64,000 bases of DNA from Bacteroidota bacterium (lineage in GTDB: Bacteria; Bacteroidota; Bacteroidia; CAILMK01; JACPUW01). The stretch lies in assembly GCA_016192035.1 (NCBI GenBank), contig JACPUW010000030.1, positions 6,322 through 70,321 on the forward strand, given 5' to 3'. The notes beneath the pieces are model-generated. The model had not been told where the DNA came from. It saw nothing but the letters and a program-made list of their open reading frames with translations, and did no database searches. Of the stretch, positions 60,188 to 64,000 are shown piece by piece (position 1 is the stretch's first letter; the number at the start of each line of letters is the position of its first letter). The position numbers were made by a program, and so were the translations under genes.

Positions 60188-62701
60188 TTGTTACTTGAAA
60201 ACGAGGTGCTGCACAAGCTGGGACACTACTTGCCCAGCCAATTGGCACTCAAGGATTTTGTCCACCACAATACGCTCCATGCCTTTGAACGAAGGCCTTT
60301 TCATGATGCCCTATGGCAGGCATCACAGGCTTTTGGCTACACCACTTACCTATCGCTTGAAGAGTTTAGGGCCATGCATGGCCAGGGCAGGGTAAGTGAT
60401 GAGGCCTTAGACAGGGCCATATTGGCCGGTACCCCTGCCGCCCCTGGGCATGACCAGGCCGCCCAACTGGCATTCTGGCGTGAGCGCATGTTTCACTATT
60501 CCCCTCAAAAGGCCATTTCTGGTAGGCTGGGCCAAGTGAGAAAGGTCTTTAAGGACCAACTCCGGATTAACCTGGGCAAGCTTACCCATCCCATTTTGTT
60601 CAGATTGTTATCCGCTTATTTTGATCAAGGGGTAGCTACTTGGCGCCTCCCATTGCCGCCCCAAGGCTTTTTGCATACCATACGACAGTTGTCCACCAAC
60701 GGCTTTGCAAACATTTTCAAAACCAATCGGTGCCGCAACCTGCTGCTTAATGAACAGCTTACCGTTTTCGATTTGCTGGAAATGCTCATTGGCGATAGCC
60801 GGCTATTTGAAAACTACCTTTTTGACCAGCAATTTGAGCATCCAGGTTGGTCAGGTTTTGTCCATACCGTGTCATGTCAACCAGCCACCCTGTTGGAGCA
60901 CCGCCCCATTAACCTTAAAGAGCTGGTAGTATTTGAGTTGTTGCTTGAGCTTGATGTGGTGCTGCACCGGTGGAAAGAGGGCTACAAGCCCATAGGGTAC
61001 TTAGTGGACTACCCAGTGATACCCATAGACGCTCCATGTCCGGCCGATGATGACCTGCCCGTGGTGCTGCGCCTTTGGCAGGAGTCATATGAGTGGACGT
61101 ATTTCAATGAGGTGCTCAAAGGACTTATGGCCCCTATTGCCATCACCCCTAAGCCAAAACCTTCTTTTCAAGCCCTTTTTTGCATAGATGATAGGGAATA
61201 TTCCCTGCGGCGGCACCTGGAACGTGTGGACCCAACTTGTGACACCTATGGTACGCCAGGGTACTTTGGCATAGCCTTTTATTACCAGCCCGAACACGGC
61301 AAGTTCTTCACCAAGGCATGCCCCGCCCCCATATCACCCGCCCACCTGGTGAAGGAAGAAGGGCGCCGCAAGGGCCACCGAAAAGATCCACATCTATCGC
61401 GCCGTAGCCATAAGCTGCTCTGGGGTTGGCTTATAGCCTCATTCTTGGGGTATTGGTCGCTGCTCAAACTGCTGGTAAACCTGGCCAAGCCTTCCCTCAC
61501 ACGCACTACCAATTACTCATTTGCCCACATGGACCAAAAGGCCCGCCTCCTCTTAGAGTCCACGGGCCAGGTAGAACACGGCCTTCAGGTAGGTTTTACC
61601 CCTGCCGAAATGGCCCAGAGGGTGGAGGCCGTGCTGCGAAGCATAGGCTTGGCAAGAAATTTTGCCCCATTGGTGTATGTGGTAGGGCATGGAGCCACTT
61701 CTACCAACAATCCCTATTTCGCCGGATATGATTGCGGGGCGTGCAGCGGGAGACCAGGGGCGGTAAATGCCCGTGTGTTTGCAGACATGGCCAATAGGCC
61801 TGATGTAAGACAATTGTTGGCAAAAAATGGATTGACCATTCCGCCCTCCACGGTTTTCATGGGTGCCATGCATGATACTACCCGCGACCAAGTATCATTT
61901 TATCCCGATGCACCCCTTAGCGCAAACAACCAGGCTATACATGAGAAGCACAGGGAATATTTTGAAAAAGCATTGAAAATGAACGCAAAAGAGCGCTCAT
62001 ATCGATTTGCTACCGTACGGCGGAGCCTTACCACCGACCAAGCCCACCACACCATGGCGCTTAGGGCATACTCCCTGTTTGAGCCTAGGCCTGAGTGGAA
62101 CCATACCGACAATGCCCTCTGCATAATCGGTAGAGACCAGGTATATAGGCACCTGTTTCTTGACAAAAGGCCTTTTATCAATTCATATGATTACCGCGAG
62201 GATCCCACCGGGGCTAGTCTTATCGGCATCTTGTCGGCGGCCATCCCGGTTTGCGCGGGTATTAACCTAGAATACTATTTCTCACGGGTGGACCAGCAAA
62301 TGCTGGGCGCCGGTACCAAGCTGCCACACAACATAGTAGGGCTCTTTGCAGTGAACAATGGCATAGACGGCGACCTGCGTCCGGGTTTGCCCAGCCAAAT
62401 GGTGGAGATACATGATCCCTACCGAATCTTGTTCGTCATAGAGCACTTGCCTGAAGTTGTGCAGAAGGTGTTTGACTCCCAGCCCGCCCTATACCACTGG
62501 GTACAGCACGAATGGGTGCTGCTCTGCGTGCTTCACCCTATGGATGGGCAGTGTTATCGCTATTGCCATGGGGAATTTGCTCCCTATGTGCCTTTTGGCC
62601 CGCCGGTTTCCACTGTTCAAAATGAGGGTGACATACTAGAGGTAATTGACAAACAAAAAGCACTGGCGGTGAGGGGCCAATTAACCAACGAGCTGCTATG
62701 A
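60188..62701 (+). CDS. dabA: DUF2309/UPF0753 inorganic carbon transporter subunit DabA
   Basis: FVHHNTLHAF, FCIDDRE, GHG, DCGAC, HDTT, INLEYYFS; TTG start (in-frame stop at 60173). Confidence 0.92.
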   Translation: MLLENEVLHKLGHYLPSQLALKDFVHHNTLHAFERRPFHDALWQASQAFGYTTYLSLEEFRAMHGQGRVSDEALDRAILAGTPAAPGHDQAAQLAFWRERMFHYSPQKAISGRLGQVRKVFKDQLRINLGKLTHPILFRLLSAYFDQGVATWRLPLPPQGFLHTIRQLSTNGFANIFKTNRCRNLLLNEQLTVFDLLEMLIGDSRLFENYLFDQQFEHPGWSGFVHTVSCQPATLLEHRPINLKELVVFELLLELDVVLHRWKEGYKPIGYLVDYPVIPIDAPCPADDDLPVVLRLWQESYEWTYFNEVLKGLMAPIAITPKPKPSFQALFCIDDREYSLRRHLERVDPTCDTYGTPGYFGIAFYYQPEHGKFFTKACPAPISPAHLVKEEGRRKGHRKDPHLSRRSHKLLWGWLIASFLGYWSLLKLLVNLAKPSLTRTTNYSFAHMDQKARLLLESTGQVEHGLQVGFTPAEMAQRVEAVLRSIGLARNFAPLVYVVGHGATSTNNPYFAGYDCGACSGRPGAVNARVFADMANRPDVRQLLAKNGLTIPPSTVFMGAMHDTTRDQVSFYPDAPLSANNQAIHEKHREYFEKALKMNAKERSYRFATVRRSLTTDQAHHTMALRAYSLFEPRPEWNHTDNALCIIGRDQVYRHLFLDKRPFINSYDYREDPTGASLIGILSAAIPVCAGINLEYYFSRVDQQMLGAGTKLPHNIVGLFAVNNGIDGDLRPGLPSQMVEIHDPYRILFVIEHLPEVVQKVFDSQPALYHWVQHEWVLLCVLHPMDGQCYRYCHGEFAPYVPFGPPVSTVQNEGDILEVIDKQKALAVRGQLTNELL

Positions 62702-64000
62702 AATTGCTGATACATATATGTTTATTCATTCCATTTATAGGGTTTGCCATCAGTTTGGCCATACGGCGGGGGCGCGAGGCCAATATGGCCCGGCTGGCCT
62801 TAGTGACCATGATCGGCAGCCTTATATCCATTGTGGCAGCGGTATCCTACTGGCTTGTTGGTGGGGGCAAACCCGTCAATGTGCACGACCTGAGCCTGTA
62901 CGACGATAAGGCTGGGCATTTTCATTTTTTCCTTGATTTCTTTATGGATAGGGTCACCTCCGTGTACCTGCTGGTGGGGGCTACGGTAGGCCTGGTAGTG
63001 GTGGCATTTAGCCGCAGGTACATGCACCGCGAACATGGCTACGGGCGTTTTTTCAATACCATCCTGTTTTTCTATTTCGGTTATGTGTTTACCGTGCTGG
63101 CAGGCAATCTGGAAACCCTTTTTATGGGTTGGGAAATGCTGGGCATTTCTTCCTTTTTGCTCATTGCATTTTATCGATTGCGCTACATGCCAGTGGCCAA
63201 TGCCATAAAGGTTTTTTCCATATACCGGCTAGGTGACGTGGGCATGTTGCTCACCATGTGGATGAGCCATCACCTGCTGCATGAAAATGTGGCCATTTAT
63301 CAATTGAATTTTGATGGAAACCAAACAATCATTCTTGACCACTACGGCGAAGCCTTGTTTCTGGCCATCATGATCATATTGGCGGCCTCGGCCAAATCGG
63401 GGCAACTCCCGTTTTCAGGCTGGCTCCCCAGGGCTATGGAAGGGCCCACTCCTTCCAGTGCCATTTTCTACGGGGCACTGTCCGTACATGCAGGGGTGTT
63501 TTTGCTATTGCGCACCTATCCTTTTTGGAAAGGCATTGTCTTGGCGCGGGTGCTTATTGGTGCCATAGGCTTGGCTACCGCCATAGTGGGCTCACTCATA
63601 GCAAGTACACAGTCCACCATCAAAGGGCAGGTAGCTTATAGCGCCCTTTCGCAGATAGGCATCATGTTTATTGAGGTAGCCCTGGGTTTGGAAATGGTGG
63701 CCCTCTTTCACTTTGCAGGCAATGCTTTTTTGCGCACCTATCAGTTGCTGGTGTCGCCTTCATCGGTAGCCTACTACATGCGCGAACAGTTTTACCACTA
63801 CGCACTTCCGGTGTACCCTTCCTTTCGTTTCCCCTTTATGCGCAGGGCATATATGGGCGCCTATCTTTTTTCCATCCGGGAGTGGAACCTTGACATTTTG
63901 CTATTTAAATTGATTTTCAAGCCATTAAAAAAATTGGGCAAACCCCTGTGGTTCATCCGGCGCAAGTCGGTGCTCTACATTCTTCTGCCGGTGTATGCCC
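62698..64000 (+). CDS. dabB: NuoL/MrpA-like proton-translocating subunit DabB, 3'-truncated by window edge
   Basis: Not in ORF track; translated from ATG 62698 (ATGA overlap with dabA): MKLLIHICLFIP...GWEMLGISSFLLIAF...RLGD...KSGQLPFSGWLPRAMEGPTPSSA. Confidence 0.9.
   Translation, partial: MKLLIHICLFIPFIGFAISLAIRRGREANMARLALVTMIGSLISIVAAVSYWLVGGGKPVNVHDLSLYDDKAGHFHFFLDFFMDRVTSVYLLVGATVGLVVVAFSRRYMHREHGYGRFFNTILFFYFGYVFTVLAGNLETLFMGWEMLGISSFLLIAFYRLRYMPVANAIKVFSIYRLGDVGMLLTMWMSHHLLHENVAIYQLNFDGNQTIILDHYGEALFLAIMIILAASAKSGQLPFSGWLPRAMEGPTPSSAIFYGALSVHAGVFLLLRTYPFWKGIVLARVLIGAIGLATAIVGSLIASTQSTIKGQVAYSALSQIGIMFIEVALGLEMVALFHFAGNAFLRTYQLLVSPSSVAYYMREQFYHYALPVYPSFRFPFMRRAYMGAYLFSIREWNLDILLFKLIFKPLKKLGKPLWFIRRKSVLYILLPVYA

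Noticed and set aside
1..64000. tRNA, rRNA, CRISPR arrays, IS elements, prophage
   Set aside because: No T-loop/cloverleaf motifs, regularly spaced repeats, transposase, integrase or phage genes recognised by eye; a tRNAscan/Infernal run would be needed to exclude small RNAs.

Overview
Chromosomal segment of a Bacteroidota bacterium. The assignment rests on four T9SS-CTD cargo proteins, a SusC/SusD pair and TAnnTTTG-type -7 promoter elements. It holds about 55 mostly housekeeping and envelope genes: a RimB-like protease/rimK/M14 operon, coaD, a Wzx-Wzz-Wzz-ligase-GT39 surface glycan locus, a beta-helix surface protein plus TonB-dependent receptor, comM, susCD, a LytTR two-component pair, dcd, a fatty acid desaturase, rarA, an Fe-S cysH, hflKC, a phospho-sugar mutase and a DabA/DabB inorganic-carbon pump running off the right edge. 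I recognised no tRNA, rRNA, CRISPR array, transposase or integrase. The most notable observations are: (1) a secreted-leader-like ORF with a RAP motif and a C-rich spacer in front of the DAB pump, a candidate arrest-peptide attenuator; (2) an integrase-free three-gene cassette bracketed by a 254-bp duplicated 3' end of a TauE/SafE gene; (3) a Pho-box-like 11-bp-period array upstream of the T9SS protein/TBDR pair; (4) an orphan APS reductase coupled to a nucleotide-sugar SDR; (5) a sensor kinase split by a 1-nt frameshift. All product calls come from my motif recognition, not from database searches. Start codons were often moved downstream of the ORF-track starts.
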